This document shows, in pieces, positions 38,187-51,800 of a stretch of DNA of 64,000 bases. Each line of letters starts with the position of its first letter. Position 1 is the first letter of the stretch. The position numbers and the translations under genes were made by a program. The DNA comes from Tubiluchus corallicola (Eukaryota > Animalia > Priapulida), in the NCBI GenBank assembly GCA_030141605.1, contig JAQGDQ010000047.1, positions 558,001 through 622,000 of the forward strand. Reading direction: 5' to 3'. The notes below the pieces were generated by a model. The model was not told the origin of the DNA. It did no database searches and saw only the letters and a program-made list of their open reading frames with translations.

Positions 38187-38271
38187 GGGACAAAGGTTGG
38201 CAATGTGTCAACGCCCTAAATGCTCATAACGATACTGAGGGGTATAAAAAATCGTGTGCGAATGGGTAACT
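38187..38271 (-). other. Candidate non-coding 5' UTR exon of the PTP-like gene
   Basis: Pyrimidine-rich acceptor (tcttttctgcctcatttag) and CCC|GTAAGT donor; stops in all three frames. Confidence 0.5.
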
Positions 38272-40406
38272 CTAAATGAGGCAGAAAAGATAGGTACTTT
38301 TAAGTGATCAACACATGATGAAGCTTTGGTCAAAACAAAACATGCGGATGAAGCTTTATTGAAAGCAAAATAGTCACGGCCGAAACAATTATCTTTTTCG
38401 TTACAGACTTCTGGGTAACAAAAGTCAAGCCGTAATGTTGTGCTACCTTTTGTAAACTGAATATTTCATAAACTCGCGTGTTAGGATTAGTAGATACCTT
38501 ATAGAATTAAAAATGTATTTGCTAAACAATCATGTATGGAACACTATAAAATGTGTAAATAACAAATTTTACAGCACAAAAGTTTTATATTTCGCTGCAT
38601 TGAATGTTCAAACAGTATGCTTTATTTGCACATACTTGCACCACAAGTCATTTCACATTTTGATAAATATGCAGCAATGATAGCCAATGATTTAGCCTTT
38701 GACGAGCATAAATTATGCAGTAAACATGAAGCTTGGATGAGCAAACTTGAAGCGCTTCAATAAATTAAAAGTGGCGCTATTTCGGCGAGAATAAAGGATT
38801 ATGGGCATTTACTATTAAATTAGAGCACTACATTCACATAGACTATACAAATTGTTGGACGCCTGTGTGTAGATCGTTATTGGTATGATGGCTATATAGT
38901 ATCACGGAAAGAAGATCCGATCAGGCCTACGAGTATGCTTAATCTCTGTCTAACACGATTGCGATAATAATAACCCATTTTGTTTATTTTCTCACTACGT
39001 TAATTGAATAATAAATCCGAGGCATTTAATTAATGAACAACGGTTTTATTCGTAGGATAACTATGGTCATCATACATCTTCGCCAACACATGGCAACTAT
39101 TGCAGTAGTTATTATTAGTATTCATTGCTCTTCTACTGTTACTTGATACAAAACAATGACTACGTACAGTACACGAAAAACTAACTAGAGAAGTCCAGAA
39201 TATTCTGGCTGAGAAAACAGTTTTTTAGTATGAATAGTTCAAGAAAATTACAACAAATGTATGAAATGGAACTTACAAATATCGCGATTTCATACCGATC
39301 TGTAAAAAGGATTTAACCGAAATTTCGTACGTTGGGCTTAAATACCCTATCCTACCTACACCAAAACTTGTTTGTTGGCTCTTGCTTATATGTTCTGCTT
39401 TAATTGCAGTTTCGAAGTCAATGCCTTCAAAGCAAAGCAGCTTATAATCTTAATTGGCATGTATATATTAACAGGTAAATTATCATTCAAATTTACATAG
39501 TCCACTTGTGTGTGCAGCACACAACGAACAGTTTGCACGTGGCGAATTTATGAAGCGATATCCGCATACAAAACCTTTACTTGCCTAACAAAATAAACAA
39601 GACTTTGTCGCTGTTGTTCAAGCAAGCTAGTACAAATACTGTACGAACAGGACAATAAAAACATCTCCATGACTTAACAGAAATGCTTAAAAAGTTGTCA
39701 GTTACCATAAATATATTGTGTAGCTCATATTATTTATGACGGAATATCACATGGCTACATATATACATGTACTCAAACGTTCTACATTTTCCTTCACGTA
39801 TGTAATATAAAACGACGATTAGCTTGCGTTCGCAATAAAATTTCAATACTAGAGCTGCAGTGGTCGTAAAACATGTTCTGCGGACTCGATAAAAACATAT
39901 CACATTGATGATCCAAAACCAGTTCAGTTTGGTTCCTTGAAATTTTGTTCTCGGTTTCGTGTGTTTGGAAAATTTCGCTCCTTAAAGGCATAATTTTATA
40001 AACTGTAGTCACGTTTATATTGCGGATGCTTCACTTTCATGATCCTCAAAAAAACCCGTTAAATTTGTTAAAAAAGCAGTGTCTGTTAAAAAAACTATTT
40101 ATTTTTAACATGGAAATCTTATTGTTACGAAAGTAAGACTTCTTTATTCAATAGTTAAGAAGAACTAACTATACAGGAAACTAGGCAAAATACTTAATTT
40201 TGCAGCTGACAGAGACAAGCGTCTAGCTACATGTTATATAGAGCTGCGTTAGCAGATGGCTTCCTACTTTGCGGTAACATCTGAAGCTGGCGATTTCCTG
40301 TCCGGTATGGTGGAATCAAACTACTGTTTCTACCAAGGAGAGGAATAAACGCGAATTACTGATCGAAATAAATAGGTCCATCAGATAATTATGTACCGTA
40401 ATGTAC

Positions 40407-40625
<219 letters not shown>

Positions 40626-41479
40626 GCAAGCAAACAAAGAAATGAACAAACAAACAAGCAAGCAATTATAAGTTAGTTAGTAAGAGAGTAAGAAAGTAAT
40701 AGTTAAACGTACATAAGTAAGCAGGTGCTCTCGTGAACAACAGTGAGTAAAAAACTAATTTCAGTATGGTTAAGCCTTAATATTTAAATATTGCTGTTAA
40801 AATTTAATAAAATTGTCATAATTTCGGGAGACAGTATACGCATGGCTTCAAAAGTTTATTAGTAAATTGACGACCGACAACTGAGAAAATTGCTTCTGGG
40901 TAATTAAAATTGGGGTACTTTTAGTTATGCCATAACCATTCAATGATTACTATTTGGCAAGGCTCTTCACTAGCAACCAAAATCGCTGATTTCTGTGGCA
41001 CCTCTTCACCACTGTCACTGAGGTTTACTTCTTTTGAGATTCGCTTTATGGTATTCCCAGTGAAACCTGCGTGGGCCGTTCACGGATTACAGAAATAATC
41101 TTCGGCTTAAAATAGCGTAACATGGCATCCATAAGCAAGTGCGTGTTGACATTTAAAGCCTTAAACATGTGTTGCAATGAAATAAAACTAAAGCAAAAGT
41201 TCTAGTTAAACAAACAGAAGTGAAATTAGTGATTTAGTAACATGGTGGCAGTAACAAATCAGTCTTTTCAATTAGAAGTCTAGCAATTAAAAGTTCTTAA
41301 CCCTTTTTTGTATATAAATTTTGCAAAAGATGCTGTTCAAAATGTAGGCACAATACACTTTCAGTTTAATGTGAATATAATAACTATGTAGACCGGTAAC
41401 ATGGACCAAATAAGCTAGTGCACTTATTACATGCTAAAACAGCGCTCTGTTGTTTCAAATTGTTGGAAAAAAAACTTAC

Positions 41480-41820
41480 GTTCTGTGTAGCTGCTGTGCA
41501 GTAGTTCAAATGTCATTCAAAATGGTTGACATTCCAGTTTTGTAGAGTATTATAAGCTCAAAGAAGGTCATCATATGTAGAAACTTCAACAATTGCTGCA
41601 ACTTTTAAGATATTCGGAGACCTTGGATTCGAAATCAAAATCAATGTATTTGAGCCCAGTGTCCATGCTTTGCCAAAGAAGCATCCATTCTTTAGATAAA
41701 CCTTTTTCCAATGTATATAAATTCACAAACACTTGGCATATAACAACAGCAACAAAACTAGCAACAGCTCTTCCGCGTGCAACAGCCGTGTGCTGCCTTC
41801 ACACTACTATGCTGAGCGTT
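41480..41820 (-). other. Candidate first (leader) exon on - strand
   Basis: AC|GTAAGT donor at 41479 and exon-like composition; the 5' boundary is approximate. Confidence 0.35.
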
Positions 41821-44355
41821 CTCTGAACTTTAGACCAAGTAGGACAGATACCGCCTCCATTCTCAAAGTGTTGTCAGTTGGGCATCAGTAATAAGCTCCT
41901 TACGCTGCTTATGAAATTAGAGGGCACAAACGTAACTACGTGTCGATAAGAAGAATATAATTATATGGGTCACAGTGTCAAATAGCTAAGTGTCATTAAA
42001 CACTTGCAAGAAACTGCTAGCTAGGTCAATACCTAAAGACACTTTGCGCGCTTCATTGCGCAAGAACTAATGCGTTAAATAATGCTGCAGTTTATGGTGG
42101 GAAATTACCATATACCGTGTGGGTAAAACTGCCAAGTCTTTAATAAGATATGAATTGTACAACATGTAGTAAGTAAACTGTTTTCATTAATAATACGATT
42201 GCTGGCCCGTTATAGAGGTCGATGTTTTCTAATTATCAATGCAAACTGTGATGCAAATGACACAATTTAAAGCTATAGCAAATGGCCGTAAAACAAGGCA
42301 AATACGAAATTGATATCCGAAGGTATATTTGTACAGATATGCTTAGCGATCATTTTTGATTCGTTTAAATAAATATTTAGTAACAATTACTATCTTATTT
42401 ACTAGTGAGAAAAGACCATCATTTAAAACCTATACTTTTTGTTATTTTAATCAGTGGTAGTTTGATAATGCTTAACATAAAATTTAAAAAATGCGGTAGA
42501 AGTATTTCTTTGTGAAATAAAATTTAGTGTATAATACTTTTAAACTTAAAGCAAACACTATCGTTTGTGTAACTTATTGCACTGAATGCACTCTGTTTTT
42601 TGATTAGCCTAGCTTTAGCTTTACTTTATTGTGGCGCCCCCTGAAAGCAGTAATGAAAATCATTGGGGAAATCCTTTCAGCGGCACGGTACCACAGAGCA
42701 GCATGCGTGCAAAAGTAACGCGGGATGCAACTTAAGCAAAAATTATCACGTTTGTAAAAAATAACCATACTGGTAAAAAATCATTAATTTTGCAAAGTAG
42801 TAACTACTTTTGTCAAAATTATAGTTTTTGCATTGCAGTGTTGATAACTGATATTCTTGCCCTGAGTTGACGTTATTCGACTGTATTTTATAGTATATAT
42901 ATTTTTAGTAAGCAACTAATTGTAGAAATTAAAATTATATTTATGTAAAATTAATATATATGTATATATATATATTTACATACATATACATAGAAATACG
43001 AAGCCTTCCGTATCTTTTTTAGTTGCATAAGTCATTCGAACAGGTTAGCGTAATATAATAACCTAAGCAATAATACTTCGTATTGAAAGTTTTTTGGGAC
43101 ATACTCTAAATTGCCTTTTCTTTCCCTTTAATGTATTTTAGCAACAACATGTATTAATGCTCACATTTGAAATAATAAGTTAATGCATTAACTCATGTCA
43201 TAATTGCATCTTGTTTAATTTTATTTTATTCGTTTTCGCAGGCGTCGTATGTGGTCACACGCGCTGTTTGTACTCAAACAGCCTACAACAAACCCCTAGA
43301 CGTCCCCTAGTGACGGCCATTAAGTTTTTGATTAATAACGTCAGAGATCTTAAGTAGCCCCAGCATATATGTAAGCTAAATCGCCTTATATGTTCGGGTG
43401 GGTATGTGATATTTGTGCACCAAGTAAAACTTATTGTTCATATTTTTATCGTCGTTTAATGGATTTTCAACGATTCACTATTTTCCTGAATGACACTCTC
43501 ACAATGATCGCTTCACTAAATTAAACTTATTAAAAATACACGCACAATTAACATGCACAACAAGGCCTTGAGAGCTAGCGTGGTACAGTGGCTTTGGCTA
43601 GAGTACTTGACTTATAAAGTACTTTCAACATAATTTCAGGTTTCAAAGAAATGGTGATTTTTTGTACCTAATCTACGTGTCTGCGTTTTATCAGCTGGCA
43701 ACCACACCACGTAAGTTAGAAATCATCCAGATGTTATTCGGAACAATTCACTATTGATCTCAGAACATTATCCGCAAAACATTTCAATTTTTTGAGAATC
43801 TTACAATTGCTTGGGTTTAATTCCTTTCAGTTCTGTTGTTCTTGTTTGTGTGCAATCGAAAGCGCATAGAATATGATAAGCACTGTAAACTATTCCCTGA
43901 TGTACAGAAAGGCCTACGTGCTTACGTACTTATGCCTACATGTATGGAGATACTATTAACAGTATCATTCGACTAACTCTTTTTATTTTTCTTACTAGCA
44001 TTCTTAATTTTCCTTGTTAGGTGAAAATACCTGTGCAGTAAAGCTTCTTCCACAATATTCATAAGTACCAACAGTTAAAGTAAGCTGTCGCCGTTCCTTC
44101 TGTTGCAATCACGAGATAACATTTTTGACCCAGCTTGCTATACACCTTTAACATGGCCAGTGTGCACCACTGGACCATGAATCACTAGCTTAACTGGTGA
44201 CAAATATCGAGTAACACAGCAGCCATGAGCCATCATTGAAGAATCAGCCATAAGCCATTATTAAAAAGTCAACTGATATGTAAATACTACGTCACGAAAC
44301 TATTTAAAAAAAGAACAACAAAAATTTTGGTTGGATTTGCAGGGATGCAATACAA

Positions 44356-44361
44356 TTTATT
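44356..44361 (-). promoter_or_regulatory. Candidate distal polyadenylation signal of IA-2 (another AATAAA at 45486-45481)
   Basis: AATAAA on - strand followed by T/GT-rich sequence, ~1.45 kb after the stop. Confidence 0.4.
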
Positions 44362-45805
44362 TTCCATGTGAAACTCAATACAATGCAAATAAAATCAATT
44401 AACGGCCAATGAACATTTTTGCTTGTGAACTGCTCATTAAAGAAGCATATAGTTGGTATGTGGCTGATCAAGTAAAATTAATCATACACACGTTGGATGA
44501 TTAATCTCCAATATATTAGGGAAGTAGAACAACCAGTACAGTGCATTTAAAACAATGTCATTATAAACATAGCATATATCTATTAAATCAATAAAACATA
44601 AATCTTTCTCTGGAATGTTATACCTGAAATACTGCAGGGTGTAAATAAAATAGTTTTCTGGCCTTTGAGACAGTTTTAGACTTTTCGCTGAGAATAATAA
44701 TGCATTGTTGCTGTGTTTCCATGTTAACAATAAAATTAGCTGTACTACTTGTATACAGCCAGCAAAATATACAAGTTATACATCGCCATTCATTGTTTCC
44801 GCTGGAAACATAACTACAAAGTTACAGTACAGTAATACCCTGGAATTTGTACATTTTGTATTTACGACAGGCATGCTCATTTGAATTTCGTATTAAACTT
44901 GTATTCTAACAGTTTTCAGCACAAGAGTTCCATCATTTTGTGTGTGCTAGATGCAAAGTGAATAGCAGTTATTATCAAACACTTACTTTTTGGCAATTGC
45001 CACATCAAATATTTTATAATATTCAAACTCAGTTATTTCTAAGTTTAAAATACATCCTTGGAAAACATTGAGGTATTACTATACTGTTCTATGAATATGC
45101 AAAAATACTTTTAAAAATCTTAGACCCGATTTAACATGAAGACAAATATAATTTAAGATTACTATGTTTCAGAAAGGATTCGTGGATTTGCATCATCATC
45201 TAACCACATTACCATTGATACCTGTCTTAAATAGACTATCTTTGGTGATACACATTGTAAACACAATCTTTGGTTTCAGTTCACACAAAAAATATAATTA
45301 CAATTCAAATATAAAGATAAGTCAAGAGGTGCACAATAGTTTAAAATTGTCAATTAAAAACTTATATTAAAAATCGTCGAAAAAGTAAAATGCATTGCTT
45401 GACTAGTAAGTTTGCTCAATCAGGAAACATTTTTGCATGATTGGAAATGTGTATTCAAATACGATTATACGGGGGCCACTTTTATTCACATTGCGTCTTG
45501 TGTATGAATGATTGTACATAAACTCCACAATTATTCAACAAAATAAATAGTTACTTTAAATAAATAACATTTGTTCTGAAATACACCATACATAATTTCA
45601 AATATATATATATTTTTTGCTCAAATTTTTTGTGACATTTGATATTTTTAGTTAATTTCACAAATGTGCACAACATGTTGGGTGCCTTTGAGACGACAGT
45701 AATTTTGACCACTTCACTCCTATTTAAGTGTCCCAAGTTTTTCTAAACACTACTCTCACTTCAGTGCTCGCCATCATTCTGACACTATGTGCTACATATC
45801 TTTGT

Positions 45806-48800
45806 TTACTGCGTCAGTGCTTTCAAAATGGCATGAACTTCTTCAGCTACAGACGTCAGAGCGAATTCGAATTGTTCCTAATGGTGTAACAAAACAAGAT
45901 AGATATATATATATCAATCTATAAATAAACTTAGTCTTATAATATAACATAAAATTAATATAACAGGCCAATGTTACAGGTTTAGAAGTTGGTAATATAA
46001 CGGCTAATCACATTCAACTTAGCTAATGTACAAATGTGTGGTAGGAAAGGAAATGTTAGTAGGATATTGATGATTAATAATTTTTAATATGAAGTATGAA
46101 TTTTGCACCTTATTCTTGACAACACCCATCCTCTGGTCCCTGATGTGTTCCAGTGTAGCAGCTATATCAATTTCTTTTGCTCCTGAAACACGAAACATGG
46201 TATCCAATTTCACATTTATGCAAAGACAAGTACAACAATGATTCATACTACCTGGTTCATAAAACACGTGTTGAACAAATGGATAAACCAATATGGAACC
46301 TGATAATGCCAAACATGTTCAATTGTACCTGCATATTGCTCGACGTAATAAGCCAGATCTGGGGAAAGTTCAGGTCTGCCTTTTTAAGTAAACCTGATAC
46401 TTCTCTCTATTTCAAGAATCAAATGATTTTATATAAAACCCCGTGATATTATTTATAAAATTTTTTATTGTAAATGACGACACTTCATTTATTATATCAT
46501 GTATACTTTTTATTGGGAAGTTTTGCCTCAGATTCAGTTTTTCTTCACAATTTTTAATGCCTTGTCTGTTTTTCTGAAAAGTGCGAACAGTAAGGCAATA
46601 AAGGCAGCTTATCCTTTCTAATCACATAATACAGTCTAATATCTTTAGATTGCCTATTTTGGGACTGCCAAAAATTGGCACTAAGCGAGTTTGGTACTAT
46701 AATTAGATGCAAAAAGACATGTCTGCACACGTACAGACGTTTTGCTTTGATCAAAAATTTAAACAAAGTTAGCGTTATAAAGGGGGTGGAGGGTTATATA
46801 CCATGGATTGAATGTAGTCACTTAAGTCCTAATGATTTCAAGTGGTAGAATTAGCTAAGACAAGAGGTATACCTTTAGTAAGTCTGTTAAGTACCATGTC
46901 AAGCAAGCAGTAAGTTCCAGTGCGACCACTTCCATCCCTATATTAAAACACAGCTTAGTAGTGGTGCAATGCATGTCAGTGAACAATTCATAGCTTTCAT
47001 AAAAACAGCACAGTACAGTCATCAGCCCTTTGATTTTGTTGGCTGTGATGTATAATGCACATATTAGTTTTCTGACTAAGGAAAGTTACTCTAGATCAAT
47101 TCTCTTCTTTGAAAAAACCTGGGAAGAACAGCACGGCATCAAAAATTGTTAATAGAAAAAGAGAAGACTACCGAAAAGATGGTTAATTTTACTGTTACAA
47201 ATCCTTCTTTGAGCAGTTAATAAAAGCTGGAAATGTTCAAAATGTCTGCAATACAAAAAGTCAGTTGTAATACATACCCGCAATGTACGACTATTGGGCA
47301 AGACCGACCTCTGTAAGACTTGTTAACTTTCCTGAATGTTGGAAAAAGATCAACTTAATAGTAAATGACTATAACATCAATGATGATTAATAAATTCATT
47401 AAAACAAATTTAACAAAAAATGTTTCTATAAAATACTGCTCAACAATATTATTATACCATTTTACTGTGTGTAAACTTTCCACTGTTCAACTAATGAAAG
47501 GCGAAAAAGAAAAGTATAAAAAGAAGCCTGAAAACAATAATAATTCTTAAACAGGAAGTTTTCAAACTCGGGCTTCTGAAAGTGGGATCAGACATGCTAC
47601 AGTTTTTCAGCAAAGCAATGGTATAAAAGTCAATGACATAACAGAAAGCTAAAGCAAGGCATACCTGCGGAATTCCAGCAGTGCTTTCGGAGACATTGGA
47701 ACAGAGTCTGCAGGCCATGACAGGAAGTGGAACTGAGTTACCGTGCGTGTCTCGTTTGTCTGCAAGTTCTTTAGGTAGAAGCTACGTACCAAGTAGTCGT
47801 CACACCAAATGTGCTCAGAAACCAAGTGAACCTTTACACACATAGAATAGTAAAACTTTATGAAAACACATCTTGCACAATATGTAATGGTGAATTACTT
47901 AATTTTACTTCATAACACCTTCAACATATTTAAAAATAATCAATAAAATTTGCAAATTCAAAAACACTACTGGCTGAAGTATTTGTCGTTCTTCATAGCG
48001 GGAGGATGTATATATATCCGAATGTGGCTGAGACACCTCTACTGGTTCAGTACAGCATCTTCAAAGGATATCCTTGATAGTGAGTCAGGCCCCAATTATG
48101 CCACAAGAATCTTGTTAAACAGGCACTGCCTTTTAGCGCTGGTTTCCAGCTTGCAGTGGGCAATGATGTACAAAGAAGACACAAAGAAAAAAGTTGAAAA
48201 ATTTAAATGTATAATAGACTTTTGAACAGCAGCTGTAAAAACACTTATTAATCAAATATCCAAAAAAATCCATGTTAGTCACTTTTAAAATTTAATATAA
48301 GTTTTATACAAAGTACTAATTCATCTACTAGATATTTTTCAAATTTGGAAACTAAAACCAGCAAAAGTGCAGATAGTTAGCGGTTAATAATTTATGACCA
48401 ATCACGCGCGGGCATATGATATCGAATAGTTTGAACAAATTACTAATTTTCATTGTATGTAGAAGCTTGGTACATAGCACTTTGTACAGGGTCATCCAGA
48501 AAAAACATTACCTGCAAATTCTTTAATAAAAAAATCTCAAGACGAAATAGGCATAAAAATTTAAAGGAATAGCAATGAATCTATCTACTTCATGCACAAG
48601 AAAAAACTTAGTTGAGTTTTGTTTCATTTTGCTGAATGTTTAAAAAACATGATGTTTAAAATTGTATTTACATAACGAAGAAAAGAAATTTTTTTCAAAA
48701 CTTACTATTTTAAATAAAAAACTCTTCTTTCCATATTTCTTTATGCACATAACCTAACAACGTTGTTGTGCATGCTTTCCTTCCATGTCAATCACTTTGG

Positions 48801-51800
48801 TAGTTACAAGCGGTCAACAGTTGAATTAATCTCATTTTGCAGAAAGTTCAGCCATTCTTGAAGCAAAATTTTTTTCAGTTTCAGATTTTTTGATTTTTTT
48901 TTTGGGCAGTTAAAACCTGAAGAATTTAAGTCAGGCCTGTTTTCTAAGTTATGTACATAAAGAAAAATCAAAAGCTGAGATGTGTTTTTCAGGCCAGCCC
49001 TTTAGACAATACTTAGGTAGAAAAAATTGTCATGTGACATTGTTGCATATGAAGGTAGCAAATACAAACCTCATAAATGTGATACAACTCACTGCCCTCT
49101 TCTGGCCAGTAACGATGGCACATTGACACTCCATTCTCAGAAAGTCGAGTCAGCATCACGATCACAACACTACCCTGCTCCCAAACCATCTGCCAGAAAT
49201 CAGCCACCGTGTGCGACAGCGGTCCTTGCGTAGCAATGTATGCAGGATTCCTGGGATCATGATCAGTCTAAATAACAAGACATTATAAATGGTCCATGTA
49301 AAAGCAATATAAGAATTTTATTACATCTTCGTGATATTATTATAGCATCATTCGTATTTCATGGTCAAACCTACAATGTTCTGTAACACGCAAGATGAAT
49401 AAAAGGAGAGAAATCACATGACAAATGACAAGATAAAACAATCATCACTGCAATTTTCTAACATAAAATTGTGTGAAAAACAAGTTACAGAACGTGTCAC
49501 AAATTTGTTTTGCACATCGGTGACTAAAATAAAAAATGCACTTTACTTAAGATTAAACTGTGTGTGGAGAGACTTGAATCAGGTGCTACTGTTTTGTTAA
49601 TCCACTTTAAACAAAGATTATATATATAAACTGTGTTACTTAGTAAGTGATTATTGTCATCAAATTTTGTTTCTTCAAGCAAGAATTTTTCGTAAAATTT
49701 CAGTAATCTACTACCTGCCTGATATAATTAGGCAACTCGGGAAGAAATAGTGTAAACGTATACAAACACAACAATTTTAGAAACATATGCACAAGCCGAG
49801 AGAAAAAATTATGGAATCTAAAACTGCTGAGTGAAACTGTGATGAAGCAACAGAGAACGTATGAATATACGTTCGTGATCAATCGACAAATATAAAGTTC
49901 TATTCTTAACGTTGATTAAAATGTACACTTTACTTCAAGGTTTTTTATTCAGCAATACGTTACATGTTCAAGTTTGACGAAAGCTTCACACTTAAGTACT
50001 CACTATAGTGTTGGCATTAATGTAGTCAGCTCCATTCACGTTTGTGCTATCATTCAAGATCACACGCGAATGGTCATCTGAAAAGAGAAATACATTTGAT
50101 ATGAACTTACAATACTGATGACTCCTTATGCACTTAAAATTATTGCAAACAGAGTAACATTAACTTTCCCTGAGTATGTGTGTGACACAAGCTTGTAGAA
50201 TATACGCCTGAAATGAATTCACGACAAAACTGATACTATTCACTTCACTTATTCCATTCTGCATTCTTGCTTATTTTTTCATATCAGTGTGAAGTCGTAA
50301 GATTTTTGCTACACTTACAAATCGCACTTTTCAACAAAGATTGACTTTTCTCTCATTTCTCGACCAATTATCATCAAAATTCTTTGAGCCATGACCTTGC
50401 AGACAAACATATTTACACGGATATATATTTCTTGTAGAAGCACTAGTTTATCTATATATTAATTTTCTTTGCTATTTAGTAAAATATTGCCACCAACATC
50501 TTTCTATTTCTGCAGCCCGTCCTCTAAACTTCCATTTACATTCATTCCTTATATTTTGAAATATCCCAAGGACAAAGAAACTAAAAGAATGGGTGAATAC
50601 ATCTATAGTTAATCCCTTTGCTAATACCTTAAGACAAAGGTAATTATTACCTTACTCGGTTTCCAAAACAATTTCATAAATTTATTAGTGAAAATTTGCA
50701 AGGGGTGATACTACAAACACATAAAGACAAGAATACGATTGTTAATGACAAATGAAAAGCAAATTTGTCGCTCATCATTTAAACAATGATTATCATTAGA
50801 CGACGATAATAAACTCTCGTCACTTATTGTATTACAATGAGTAAACAATGGGTAAACATGGCAAAACGGTTTTGACATTAAGCATTTTGTAAATTAACAT
50901 AACATTTATATGAAATAATGTGACATGCGACAAGGCATGAAGAAAAAATGTCTGTAAAGGAAAGGAGAAATATATAAGAAGTTACGTGTATCTTTATTCT
51001 TACATGGCAGACACTCAGGAAAGCGGTTTTTCGACTGATTTACATCAGCAGAAGCTACAGCGGTGGAACATGGATCTGCTTCGTATGCTTCCAGAGCTAC
51101 CCACTCCTCATTTAGCCGATCTTTGTTCTTCAAGTGGTCTTCCATGTAGGACTGAAACAGCAAAAATTATTTATCTCCGAACTGGGCTTAACATCAGTGT
51201 TAACACAGCGTAAACTAACGTGTTACACGAGAGACATAAAGCACTGTACTATTGATTCTTTTGTGACAGAAACTTAATCAATTATACAACATATTTGTGC
51301 AGCATTAAAACTCTCAGAAAGATGACAATTATACGATTCCCTCACCTCCTAATGATGTACTTGCTTACAGTTCTAGACAAAACTGTGCTAAATTACTGAG
51401 TGAATTGGCCTGTAAAACTTTCAAGAAAATTCTCTTTCGTAGAAAATCTAAAACTAACCGCAGATCTAGATAAATCTGGAACAAATATCTCAACCAAGAA
51501 GAGGAAAAAAACTCTTGGCTAATGCAATTTCAATGTAGAAACCCAGAAAAGAAAAAATATAGAAACAGTCTTAGAAATAATGAAAAAATGTCGGAGAAAA
51601 AGTGCCTTGAATTTTCAAAATTTGATTTAGAGCTATGGGTAACAATGCAGCCCCCTTATAGTGATCACTGCATAAAACACTAAAAAAAGTATCGTGTAAA
51701 TTTCACAGTTCAATTAACTAAATAGAGTGTACGGCTGAATATTAAAAATATTAAGTATATTTACAATTATACAATAATATTTTTTGGATAATCTGAATGG

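Noticed and set aside
43242-43360. Plus-strand acceptor followed by a short open frame in the intergenic region
   Set aside because: No start, partner exon or homology identified
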